Shown: in pieces, positions 36,530 through 45,565 of the stretch
How the letters are laid out: each line of letters begins with the position of its first letter
Numbering within the stretch: the stretch's first letter is position 1
Source of the DNA: Pseudomonadota bacterium
GTDB taxonomy: Bacteria > Pseudomonadota > Alphaproteobacteria > UBA2136 > JAPKEQ01
NCBI GenBank assembly: GCA_036141575.1
Contig: JAYZXF010000017.1
Coordinates: 78,077 to 142,076 of the forward strand
DNA: 64,000 nucleotides
Reading direction: 5' to 3'
The notes under the pieces: model-generated
The model's database searches: none
Told to the model about the DNA's origin: nothing
Seen by the model: the letters and a program-made list of their open reading frames with translations, nothing else
Program-made: the position numbers and the translations under genes

Positions 36530-38041
36530 CTATCTTTCTATAGCTTGTTCTTGGTCTTCTAACCAATCTGAAACCCGTACAGAACCATCAGGATAAGCTT
36601 CCGCCATTGGAGTATGATAAAAGTAAACAGTCTCTTCTGGCGGTGCACCTTCTAAGCTTTCAAGCTGGCTTGTATCAAAGTCAAGGCATCCAGTAATATC
36701 TTGGGCAACACCTTTCAAATCACGAATATTGGTTTTGCCAGCATAGTAAGCGCCCTTGACTACCTGTGGTCCTCCTTCTAGAGACTCAAGTGGGGTACAA
36801 GAGCAATCAAAAGAGCCCTCAACAATTTCTGGGCAGCCTTTTAAGGTTGTAAGCTGTGTTTCTGACAGGTTCAAACCTTTATTGCGGACATCGCGCATAT
36901 CTGGTAGCTGCATAATCTGCTGGCCTTTGAGGTCAATCACATCTGGCACATGAATTGTACCGTCTTCATGCTCCGTGTAAGGCATCTGGAAGAAATCTAA
37001 AAACTCTTCAGCTGTACAAGCACCATGGCGAATATAAGAAGGGATGAGCTTTGCTTTTTCACCTGTGACTGGTGTGAGCGTTCCTTCATCATTTAGCTTA
37101 AACTCGCTGATTCCATCTGTTTGTATGTTATTGATCTTTTTAAAGCTGCCTGTTAGGCCTGCATTATGTTCTGCACAAAAAGCATCCATGGCTTTACAGA
37201 AGTACATATCACTAATGCCGTAATCCTTATCAGCCAGTAGAGCAACTTGGCCTTCATGGTTCATAAAAGGTTTCAGCAGGATGCGAGACCTGGGGTTATG
37301 AAGGTCAGGGTCGCTCTTTGTGGTTAGGTAAGCGATCATGCTGCCTTCTTCTGCGAGGGGAATCAGTTTATCTGCGTAACCATCTTCTGAGCGTTCATCA
37401 ATGCAGCTTGTCCAACGGCGTGCTGTGCTGGCGCGGGCGATGTCACCCGGGTTACGGCTTAAAACCACCATACCATCTTTTTGTAGACCGCCTGTCGCTT
37501 TAGACCAGTCTTTTAGGAGGTCATCTTCACCAAGGCGTCTGAGAAGTTTGCCAACTTTGGTATTGTTCTTACCGCCGTCATCTGTGGCAGTGCGCTCTTC
37601 CATGTTTGTTTCGTAGCCGTGCTCAGCAAGGGCGTCTGTTACTTTACGAGATGTGCGTGTCATGAAAGGTGAATCTTCCACCTCAAACTCAAAGTAAAGG
37701 CGGTCATTGCCTTCACCAAAGATTTTCTCAAGGTGAGGGGCGCGTGACATGGGCATATTGCGCACATGATTCAGCGTTTTAGATTCAATATTTTCTGGAA
37801 GGTCTGTTATTTCTTGCTGAATAGCCTCAGTGTCAAGTTCTGCCATAGATGTGAGGGCTTGAACCGAAGGAAGCTTGCCTCTGCTTTCTAAAAAAGCATC
37901 CGCATACGCGAGGCTGTAATCCATGAGGGCGTCTTTTTTCTCAGGAAAGTGAGCGCATGCCTCATCTACGCGGCGTTCAATTTCATCCGCGACCTCAAAA
38001 CCAAGAGCCGTAACCTCTCTGTTTTCTAAGGGTTTTTGCAT
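36530..38041 (-). CDS. large hypothetical protein with C-terminal Cys-containing leucine-rich-type repeats
   Basis: 503 aa. C-terminal repeats 'LKGCPEIVEGSFDCSCTPLESLEGGPQVVKG..' and 'LKGVAQDITGCLDFDTSQLESLEGAP'. Confidence 0.55.
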   Translation of the reverse strand: MQKPLENREVTALGFEVADEIERRVDEACAHFPEKKDALMDYSLAYADAFLESRGKLPSVQALTSMAELDTEAIQQEITDLPENIESKTLNHVRNMPMSRAPHLEKIFGEGNDRLYFEFEVEDSPFMTRTSRKVTDALAEHGYETNMEERTATDDGGKNNTKVGKLLRRLGEDDLLKDWSKATGGLQKDGMVVLSRNPGDIARASTARRWTSCIDERSEDGYADKLIPLAEEGSMIAYLTTKSDPDLHNPRSRILLKPFMNHEGQVALLADKDYGISDMYFCKAMDAFCAEHNAGLTGSFKKINNIQTDGISEFKLNDEGTLTPVTGEKAKLIPSYIRHGACTAEEFLDFFQMPYTEHEDGTIHVPDVIDLKGQQIMQLPDMRDVRNKGLNLSETQLTTLKGCPEIVEGSFDCSCTPLESLEGGPQVVKGAYYAGKTNIRDLKGVAQDITGCLDFDTSQLESLEGAPPEETVYFYHTPMAEAYPDGSVRVSDWLEDQEQAIER

Positions 38042-38188
38042 GGCCCGTTTGTCCTTTTCCTCGGTTCCATAAGTAAATAAGAAGGAAAACTGCCTATTTC
38101 AAGGGCAAAGCAATAAAAACTGCACTTGAAAAAATGGCGGATAACTCCCATAATATAAGTTAATAAATAACTCAAGAGGGATGAGAAA

Positions 38189-38656
38189 TTGGCTCATATG
38201 GATAAGGGCGCTATCGACAGACGCGGACTAGATGAAAGTACAGTGAACAAGCTCACTGAGGCTTACCGTATGGGTTGGCTCCATAATGTCCTGTCTCGTA
38301 TTACTCCTCTTACAATGCGTCGTCGTGATGATTACCTTAACATGGCAGACCTGTTTATTGATACACCTGAAGCAGCTCACAAGCTGTTAGATCGCTTTGA
38401 TGCAGACCTAGAAATGTTCTGCTCAGTGGCAGAAATTCAAGTAACAGAGCACATGACAAGCAAAACGGTTTCAGATGAGCTGAAAGCGCACGTTGAACTC
38501 TACAACGACATTGCTGGTGTTCTTTACGGTAAGTTTAAAGGTGACGTTGAAAAGCGTGATCCTATTCAAAGTCTCGCAATGACGCCGATTACAACGGATA
38601 GCACAAACCCGTTTATTGCAGAATTCATGAAAGAGAAATTCCCGAAAAAAAATTAA
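38189..38656 (+). CDS. hypothetical protein
   Basis: 155-aa ORF with an RBS-like 'aagaggg' upstream. Confidence 0.45.
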   Translation: MAHMDKGAIDRRGLDESTVNKLTEAYRMGWLHNVLSRITPLTMRRRDDYLNMADLFIDTPEAAHKLLDRFDADLEMFCSVAEIQVTEHMTSKTVSDELKAHVELYNDIAGVLYGKFKGDVEKRDPIQSLAMTPITTDSTNPFIAEFMKEKFPKKN

Positions 38657-38727
38657 ACGGCGCCTTTAAGCGAAGTTTTATGGTATCTGTCTCGTGTTGT
38701 GATAATAAACTCTGCGCTCAGATTTTT

Positions 38728-38890
38728 CTTTGCTTGCTTTCCATCTTTTATTTTTCAAACATAAAGTCCAATGCAAGCTCTTGGAAAGCGTGAAGCATTC
38801 AACAGCATGGGCATTTTCAAGATAACCTTCACGGGGGCTATCATTTTACAAATTTTACATTTGAAAAATGATAGGGTGAGAGTGAAGAAG
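38728..38890. repeat. intergenic repeat element copy (module A forward segment plus an inverted hairpin at 38827-38887)
   Basis: 'ttgcttgctttccatcttttatttttcaaacataaa' matches 26830-26870. The hairpin 'cttcacgggggctatcattttacaaattttacatttgaaaaatgatagggtgagagtgaag' is the reverse-orientation equivalent of 58160-58220. Confidence 0.7.
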
Positions 38891-38895
38891 AATAA

Positions 38896-40164
38896 CTATC
38901 TAAAATATCTACCCGCATGCAGTGTGAGGCCAACACCGACACTCCCAAACGCATCACCTGTTACCACATGTGCATGTGGAAAAGGCTCAAGCAGGGCTGC
39001 ACGAATCATTGGGAGTTTTGTTGAGCCACCAGTGAGGAATACGCTTGAAATTTGTTCGGCTGTCACGCCTGCATCATCAAGAGTTTCCTGTACTGTACGC
39101 TGCAATGAGTCACACGAATCAGACAAGCTCGGGCGAAGGTGATTGTTGTTTGTTACAGGAACACTTAGGCCTTTTTCAACAAAGTTCATATCAAGAATAT
39201 TCTCATCAGATGCAGACAGGGCAATCTTGGTTTCTTCAACCTTCATGGCCAGCGTGTGGCCGCTTTCATCCTCAAGAACGTTCAAATAGCGTTCAAGCTT
39301 GTCAGGGTCTAATGCATGGTTGAGTGTGTCTTCAACAAGGCGTACTGTCTTTTGGTTATACAGCGTGTGAATTTTTGGCCATGTCGCCAGCGTAAAGAAC
39401 AGCCATGGCGCAATTTCAATATCTTTATCAGAAAACGGTGCACGCATAAGGCCTTTATGACCAAGCTCAGGCATTGCACACATCAGGCTGAGAGCTTTAT
39501 CAAAGTCTGTACCACCAATATGTACACCGTGGTTAGAAAGAATGTCTTCTGAGCGGTTCTCTTTGTGTTTATGCTCTGGTGACAGGCGAATCACTGTAAA
39601 GTCAGACGTACCACCGCCAAGGTCAATAATCAGAGCGAGTTCTTCTTTCTTGAGCGTATCTTCGTAAGTATAAGCAGCGGCCAGAGGCTCAGGCAGGAAG
39701 GTTACATCTTTAAAGCCTGTGCTTTTTACAATCTCTTCCAGCATGTTTTGCGCCTCAGCGTCAGCCTTAGCGTCCCCATCAATAAAGAAGACCGGTCGAC
39801 CAATAGTTGCACGCGTGAGCTCTTCACCTGCGGTGGTGTCTACATGCTTTTTAATGTCGGCAATAAAGCTCCCAAGAATATCTGTAAAGGCAACTTGGCG
39901 GTTTCCAATACGTGTGCTTTCACGGGCAAGGTCTGTCCCTAGAATACTTTTAAGAGCGCGCATAAAGCGTCCATCATCCCCGCGTGTGTAGGCTTTTACA
40001 GCTGATCGACCAAAGCTTCTTGTGCTGTCATCATCAATAAAAATGGCACTCGGAATAGTGTTTTCATCGCCTTCCAAGTTACAAAGTGTTGCTGTGCCGC
40101 CTGTGAATAGGCCTGCTGTTGAATTGGATGTGCCGAAATCAATACCGCAAACTGGGGACGTCAT
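38896..40164 (-). CDS. Hsp70-family ATPase (YegD-like: actin-like ATPase domain only)
   Basis: 'CGIDFGTSNSTAGL', 'IIDLGGGTSDFTVI' and 'VFLTGGSTKLP' are the Hsp70 phosphate-1, phosphate-2 and adenosine motifs. 422 aa with no substrate-binding domain. Confidence 0.8.
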   Translation of the reverse strand: MTSPVCGIDFGTSNSTAGLFTGGTATLCNLEGDENTIPSAIFIDDDSTRSFGRSAVKAYTRGDDGRFMRALKSILGTDLARESTRIGNRQVAFTDILGSFIADIKKHVDTTAGEELTRATIGRPVFFIDGDAKADAEAQNMLEEIVKSTGFKDVTFLPEPLAAAYTYEDTLKKEELALIIDLGGGTSDFTVIRLSPEHKHKENRSEDILSNHGVHIGGTDFDKALSLMCAMPELGHKGLMRAPFSDKDIEIAPWLFFTLATWPKIHTLYNQKTVRLVEDTLNHALDPDKLERYLNVLEDESGHTLAMKVEETKIALSASDENILDMNFVEKGLSVPVTNNNHLRPSLSDSCDSLQRTVQETLDDAGVTAEQISSVFLTGGSTKLPMIRAALLEPFPHAHVVTGDAFGSVGVGLTLHAGRYFR

Positions 40165-40527
40165 TTGATAAGCCTTTCTTTGGAAAGCATGGAAACTATC
40201 AAAGTTTCAGGCGTTTGTCATGAGAAAGTTCTTAAAAACGGTGAAGACTTCTTCTTTGAAGTGCCCAAGCACCCTGCCAACAAAATGTTTGCAGATCGCT
40301 TGCAGCACCTTGGCTTTGAGCGTTCCCCTCTGATTGCTCATGACGATTGTGATCGGTTCTATATGCCTGAAGGCACAGACTTGGCGCAAGTCACGCTGGA
40401 ATATCAGGAATACTTCAAAGCTGGCGAAGCGCCGACACCAGCCATTGTTCCACTGGGGCACTTGTCGCCCACGGTACAGGATAAGTCTCGTGGTATGGAT
40501 GTCGAAGACTGGCCGCCTGAGAATTGA
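40165..40527 (+). CDS. hypothetical protein
   Basis: 120-aa ORF divergent from the Hsp70-like gene. Terminator at 40549-40578. Confidence 0.4.
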   Translation: MISLSLESMETIKVSGVCHEKVLKNGEDFFFEVPKHPANKMFADRLQHLGFERSPLIAHDDCDRFYMPEGTDLAQVTLEYQEYFKAGEAPTPAIVPLGHLSPTVQDKSRGMDVEDWPPEN

Positions 40528-40624
40528 TTTGAAAACGAAAATAAAGGCACCCCGTCAGAAACGGGGTGTCTTTATTTTTGTGGGGGACTCATAAACCTTT
40601 AAGGTTGTAAGGGAGGTTCCTGTA

Positions 40625-41143
40625 ATGGGAGAAACTTTAGGCTATATATCACTTATCCTTTATGTAGTCGCATTATTATTTCATAAGCCACGCCATAGCT
40701 TTATTTGCTTTATTATCGCGAATCTCTTCTTTATTGCACAATGTATTGTTTCAGAAATGTATGTTGCAGTTATGGGACCTATTGGGCTAACAGCTCTTAC
40801 TGTCTTTATTTTAAATGTTAAGAAGAAAAATTGGACTGCTTATGTAAAAGGTTATGCAACTTTTACTGTATGTGTTGGGGTGTATTTTGCGTCTAGTGTA
40901 AGTGAGTATATTGTTGTAAGTGCTATGTGTATAGATGCTCTATCTCGCCTAGGTAGAGACCATTTTTACCTATTTAGAACCTTGTCTTCTTTAGGAAATA
41001 TACTATGGTTTACATCTTTTTACATAGAGGGAGTAACTTCTATTATGTTGATGAGCGCTTTGATGGTTTCTTTAAATGTGATTTATATGGTCAGACATGC
41101 GTTGAGAGATGAGGTGCTCTTTAAGCAAAAGGTAAATGAATAA
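40625..41143 (+). CDS. hypothetical membrane protein
   Basis: Several hydrophobic helices and AT-rich codon usage. Confidence 0.4.
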   Translation: MGETLGYISLILYVVALLFHKPRHSFICFIIANLFFIAQCIVSEMYVAVMGPIGLTALTVFILNVKKKNWTAYVKGYATFTVCVGVYFASSVSEYIVVSAMCIDALSRLGRDHFYLFRTLSSLGNILWFTSFYIEGVTSIMLMSALMVSLNVIYMVRHALRDEVLFKQKVNE

Positions 41144-41268
41144 AAGCATGAGATGTTTTTGCACCTCTATTCAATTTGAAAACATTTATTTTAGAGTGAG
41201 ATACCTGTAAGTTTTATATTTATAGTATACTACATAAATAGATGTAAACGTTTATGAGGTAATTTTTT

Positions 41269-42108
41269 ATGAGGTTATTTGCAATTGTATGTATGTGTTG
41301 CGCACTGTTTGTCAGTGTGGCAGCCGTTTCTCAAACACGTGCAGGTGAAGGACTTTCACGCCAACTTCAATCTGTAAAATCAATGCTTGAGAGTTTCCGT
41401 AGCCATATAGATGGTGAAATCGCTCGTGTGGATAGTGAAATTAATACAGTGGATAGCAGAGTAGATGCTGCAAATACTAGAATGGATACCATGGACGGTC
41501 GTATGGATGGTATAGACACTCAGATTGGTGGCCTAAACTCGAGTATTAATTCACACGATAACCGTATTACAGCCCTAGAAAATGGGGAAACAGGTGTGCA
41601 AGTTTACAGAAACTGTGCACAACGTAATGTGACATGGGGCAGTGGAAATTGCCGAGGTACGCAGGGGCCCATTCCTCATGGCACAAGTATAACGGTTAGA
41701 GACACCGTTCAAGGTGATATTTGTACAAATAGATATCAATATGTTGGCTATGCTGTGTATAGTTGTAATGATGGTGTGGTAACGCGTAACGGGCAAGCTT
41801 GTCAGCGAACAGATTTCTACAATGAAAATCTATGTGAATCTGGCAGTGGTGGCGATAGCTATGCAAACTGTCAAGGTACAACAAGGACATGGTCAGAAAC
41901 GTATAATGGTCTAACTTCAACCTGTTCTGGATCAATTGGTTCTGTGCCACATGGTACAACCGCTACAGCAACAGACCCTAGAACTGGTTGTGACCGTCGA
42001 GACTTCACAGGTGGATCATCGACTTGGCTATGTGATAATGGTACTCTCAGAAGACAAGGTACTGCAACATGTAGAACCTGGGGCAGCTGGGGTAGCGACT
42101 GTCGATAA
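41269..42108 (+). CDS. secreted protein, member E of the 'EG-ARQ' family, with two Cys-rich ~65-aa modules
   Basis: Signal peptide, 'GEGLSRQLQSVKSMLESF', a coiled coil, then modules 'C..RNVTWGSGNC.G..G...HG....D..C......G.....C.NG.......C' twice. Confidence 0.7.
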   Translation: MRLFAIVCMCCALFVSVAAVSQTRAGEGLSRQLQSVKSMLESFRSHIDGEIARVDSEINTVDSRVDAANTRMDTMDGRMDGIDTQIGGLNSSINSHDNRITALENGETGVQVYRNCAQRNVTWGSGNCRGTQGPIPHGTSITVRDTVQGDICTNRYQYVGYAVYSCNDGVVTRNGQACQRTDFYNENLCESGSGGDSYANCQGTTRTWSETYNGLTSTCSGSIGSVPHGTTATATDPRTGCDRRDFTGGSSTWLCDNGTLRRQGTATCRTWGSWGSDCR

Positions 42109-42288
42109 TTGAATAAATGAAAGCAGAAAAGGAGGGCACATGCCCTCCTTTTTGCAACAGGGGATATATTTATTTTTCTTGAAGTATCAATGTATTGCAA
42201 TTTTTACTCACCTATTTGTCAGGGATATGTTTATTTAAAGTTGTGGTTATATATATAAATAAAATGTGATTTATAAAAGGGGTTTAAA

Positions 42289-43374
42289 ATGAGAGCTTTT
42301 CCGATAGTAATGATTTTATCCTGTTTAGTTTTACTAACAGGCGTAGCTGGTGCGCAGAGCACGCGCTCTGGTGAAGGTATTGCAAGGCAGTTAATGTCTG
42401 TTAAAAGTATGATTGAAAATTTTGCTGATAACATCCGCACACGTGTGCAGACCGTTGAAAATGAAATGGATGCGGTAGAAACACGTATGGATACAGTGGA
42501 AGCTGATGTTGCAAGCGTACTTGCAACCGTTGCAACACATGAAACACGGTTGAGCTCGCATGATTCATCTCTATCTGGCCATGGTCGCCGTATTCGAGCA
42601 CTCGAAGAGCGCGAGCCAACAGGTGGTGGAGGTAGTACAGCACCAACACCAAGTGCGTGTAACGGTAGAAACATGTCATGGGGAGGGGGATGTAGTGCTT
42701 ATGTACAATCTCTACCTGATGGGGGTGCTGTCGTTCTGAGAGATCAAGTTGCTGGTGATGTATGTACAAATAGACAGCAGTATGTTGGTCAAGTTCGTGT
42801 GGCTTGTAACAATGGTCAAATTTCTACAAAGAACGCCTCTTGTGAGCTGAGAAACGTTTATAACGCAACTCAGTGTAGTGGTGGCACAACACCAACACCG
42901 AAGAAGAGATGTGCAGCAAAAGATGTGAGCTGGAAGAACAATGCTGGTACAGTCACATGTCGTGGTAGAATTGTTGCAGCTGATCATGATTCAACACGTC
43001 GTGTAACATTTGATAACAACAATACAAAACCTGGTGGAAAACGTATTACTGGTGCAGCAAACTTTATTTGTGACAACGGTGTGTTCAAACGTACATCTAA
43101 GAACTGTAAAGAAACTGTTAACCCTGAGCCTCCTAAGCCTTGTGCAGGCAAGTCTGTGAGTTGGACTAGTAATGGTGTTACATGTCGAGGAACTGTTTCG
43201 AATACGCCACATGGTTTAACTTCAAGTGTAACAGACCCTAACCGAACACGAGAGTGTGAGAACATTATAGATACAACAGGTAGCGCAAGCTTCAGGTGTA
43301 CAAATGGATCGTTCAAGAAGGTCTCTGGCTCTTGCAGGCAGGTACGGAGTCGTCGAACAGGTGACTGTCGATAA
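42289..43374 (+). CDS. secreted protein, member F of the 'EG-ARQ' family, with three Cys-rich modules
   Basis: Signal peptide, 'GEGIARQLMSVKSMIENF', then three modules ('CNGRNMSWGGGC...', 'CAAKDVSWKNNAGTVTC...', 'CAGKSVSWTSNGVTC...'). Confidence 0.7.
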   Translation: MRAFPIVMILSCLVLLTGVAGAQSTRSGEGIARQLMSVKSMIENFADNIRTRVQTVENEMDAVETRMDTVEADVASVLATVATHETRLSSHDSSLSGHGRRIRALEEREPTGGGGSTAPTPSACNGRNMSWGGGCSAYVQSLPDGGAVVLRDQVAGDVCTNRQQYVGQVRVACNNGQISTKNASCELRNVYNATQCSGGTTPTPKKRCAAKDVSWKNNAGTVTCRGRIVAADHDSTRRVTFDNNNTKPGGKRITGAANFICDNGVFKRTSKNCKETVNPEPPKPCAGKSVSWTSNGVTCRGTVSNTPHGLTSSVTDPNRTRECENIIDTTGSASFRCTNGSFKKVSGSCRQVRSRRTGDCR

Positions 43375-43384
43375 GGACTCTATA

Positions 43385-43416
43385 AAAGAAAGCGGCGCAA
43401 GAGCGCCGCTTTTTTG
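43385..43416. terminator. bidirectional terminator 'aaagcggcgcaagagcgccgctttttt'
   Basis: Perfect 8-bp stem between convergent family genes. Confidence 0.75.
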
Positions 43417-43434
43417 TAACTCGAACGGCTCGCT

Positions 43435-43992
43435 TTATTTACATGGATCTGATGAGTAAGAACAAACTGGATTAGAAATAACAAAGTCACCATTACGACA
43501 AGTTACTGTAGCAGAGCCTGAAATATGGTTACCACAACGTGGGCGTGGGTGGGTAACTGTTGCAGTATCACCTTCATTGGCACCCCATGCAGTACTTGTA
43601 CATGTTGGATTACCATAGGCACCAGTCCATTGCACAGGTCTGCTTGTACAGCCAGACACTGTTCCAGAGCTGCCTGTCATATCATCGTGGGAAACGCAGC
43701 CTCGTCCATCTGCATCTGGGTGTGTTGGCCAGTGAATGCTTGGATCACCAGATGTATTGATACATGCTGTTCGTTGGTTCTCTCGTGTTTCAAGATTTGT
43801 TACACTGTTTTCAACGTTTGTCATGCGGGGTCTCATATCATTTGCAAATGCTTCCATCATATTTTTAAGAGATGTAAGCTGTCTGCTGATACCTTCACTT
43901 GTACGTGTCTGTGCATCAGAGTTAGAAATAACGATGAGGGATGCTGTTGTGAGAATTGCCGTAAAAATGAGGCAAGATTTTTTCAAATTCAT
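43435..43992 (-). CDS. secreted protein, member G of the 'EG-ARQ' family
   Basis: Signal peptide, 'SEGISRQLTSLKNMMEAF', 'TACINTSGDPSIHWPTHPDADGRGC', then one Cys-rich module. Confidence 0.65.
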   Translation of the reverse strand: MNLKKSCLIFTAILTTASLIVISNSDAQTRTSEGISRQLTSLKNMMEAFANDMRPRMTNVENSVTNLETRENQRTACINTSGDPSIHWPTHPDADGRGCVSHDDMTGSSGTVSGCTSRPVQWTGAYGNPTCTSTAWGANEGDTATVTHPRPRCGNHISGSATVTCRNGDFVISNPVCSYSSDPCK

Positions 43993-44104
43993 AATCTTTA
44001 TCCTTTACTTTTACCGGTTGATGCTACGCCTGTGTATGGGGGTGGTCAAATTAAAAAATGAAAAAGACCTAGAAAAATCTAGGCCTTATCACGTTTAAGT
44101 TGTT

Positions 44105-45106
44105 TTATTGAGGTTCACCATTATGCTCTTTAGAGAGTGGGTATTTTCCTTTTTTGTCTGGAATAGAGCCGTGGACAAGAATACCGTTTGCATAGTAAGT
44201 GTGGTCACCATCTAGCATAAGGTTGTAGAGGCGGCGGTCTTCTTCTTCCTGTGGGACAATCATGATGGATTCAATAAGCTGACGCTTGCCTTGTGCCATA
44301 ATGAGTGTTTGGCCAATTTCAAGCTGACCAATGTTACCAGAAAGTTGGTCGTAAGCTTCTTTCTCAGCCATATCTGGGTTAAGGGCCTTCCAGCCGTCTG
44401 TTGTCATAAGAGGGTGGTTATCTGTTGTAAAGGCAGTTTCACCGTTAATCTCAATAAGGTGCTGGTTTTTACCTTTGCGCAGAAGAGGGCGGTCAAGGTC
44501 TAGCACGGTGTTAATTGCACCGTCACGGCCCATCAGCTTATCACCAATTTTAACTTTATGAATTTCAAGGTCACTACCATCCGCCATAAGTACTTTTGTT
44601 TCAGCCGTAAAGCATGAGCCGCGGCAAACTGCTGCACAATTTTCCATACTATTAGGCGTTAGGTTTGTATTACAGCGGCAGGCACATCTCCACCCCACCC
44701 AAACTTGGTCGCTTGGGCATGTAGGAGGCGTGTAGGTGCCACCACCTGTTGGGCCTTCAATATCTGTATGTGTTACACAGTTATTGCTATCAGCATCTGG
44801 ATGGTTTGGCCAATACAGGCTTGTTGTTGATCTGTTATGGCAGAACGTTTGCCTATTAATAACTGTCTGGAGGTCTGAAATATCCGTTTGTGCTGTTGAG
44901 AGCTGTGTTTCTAGAGTGCTAATTCTAGAGCTCATGCCAGTAGACATGCTTTCCATCATGTTTTTAAGGGAGAGAACTTGCCTTGAAAGTGCTTCACCCG
45001 CACTTGTTTGTGCCCATACATTGGCAGCTAAAATGATTGTGCAAAGAGAGAGAAAGATTGCAATGGATTTAAGTATTTTACCCTTGAAAAACATAGTGGC
45101 CACCAT
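44105..45106 (-). CDS. secreted protein, member H of the 'EG-ARQ' family, with a C-terminal Hint (Hedgehog/intein-like, BIL-type) domain
   Basis: Signal peptide, 'GEALSRQVLSLKNMMESM', 'QTFCHNRSTTSLYWPNHPDADSNNC'. Hint blocks 'CFTAETKVLMADGS', 'TTDNHPLMT' and 'YNLMLDGDHTYYANGILVHGS'. Confidence 0.7.
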   Translation of the reverse strand: MVATMFFKGKILKSIAIFLSLCTIILAANVWAQTSAGEALSRQVLSLKNMMESMSTGMSSRISTLETQLSTAQTDISDLQTVINRQTFCHNRSTTSLYWPNHPDADSNNCVTHTDIEGPTGGGTYTPPTCPSDQVWVGWRCACRCNTNLTPNSMENCAAVCRGSCFTAETKVLMADGSDLEIHKVKIGDKLMGRDGAINTVLDLDRPLLRKGKNQHLIEINGETAFTTDNHPLMTTDGWKALNPDMAEKEAYDQLSGNIGQLEIGQTLIMAQGKRQLIESIMIVPQEEEDRRLYNLMLDGDHTYYANGILVHGSIPDKKGKYPLSKEHNGEPQ

Positions 45107-45197
45107 ATGTAGTTGTTAATTATTAACAATAGCTTATGCATACCTGCACAAAGGGTCAATATTTTTTATATAGAGTAGAAAAAGAAAGAGAGAAGCG

Positions 45198-45527
45198 TTA
45201 CTTCTTGATACTGACAACAAGACTGTTTGTCGGTGCATCTTTAAGCTCTTCTTCAAGGACGATGTTTGTCTTGAGTTTGCCCTCAAGGATGTCGCGTAGC
45301 ACGATCAGGCGCTCAATAGATGTATTACGATCAGTATCATCAGGAAGGGCAACCATAAAGTAATCTGCTTTTTGCTCTTTTGCAGCCTTTAGGAATGCAC
45401 GCAGAGACTTTGCATCATCCTGTGCCACCCAGTGGTTGCTCTTTTGATATTGAAGCGTGTAAGACTCAGCAAAAGAAACAAAAGGAGCCAGCACCAGAAC
45501 AGTCAGTAAAGTGAATGTACGTTTCAT
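45198..45527 (-). CDS. small secreted hypothetical protein
   Basis: Signal peptide 'MKRTFTLLTVLVLAPFVSFA'. 109 aa. Confidence 0.5.
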   Translation of the reverse strand: MKRTFTLLTVLVLAPFVSFAESYTLQYQKSNHWVAQDDAKSLRAFLKAAKEQKADYFMVALPDDTDRNTSIERLIVLRDILEGKLKTNIVLEEELKDAPTNSLVVSIKK

Positions 45528-45565
45528 ATGCGGTGGCTCCTTGTTTTTATTCTTTAAATCCAGTG

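Noticed and set aside
38771-39142. 123-aa plus-strand ORF (38771-39142) and 27002-27235(-) 77-aa ORF
   Set aside because: The first begins inside the repeat element and runs antisense into the 3' end of the Hsp70-like gene. The second lies wholly within the structured non-coding region. Neither has coding-like composition.
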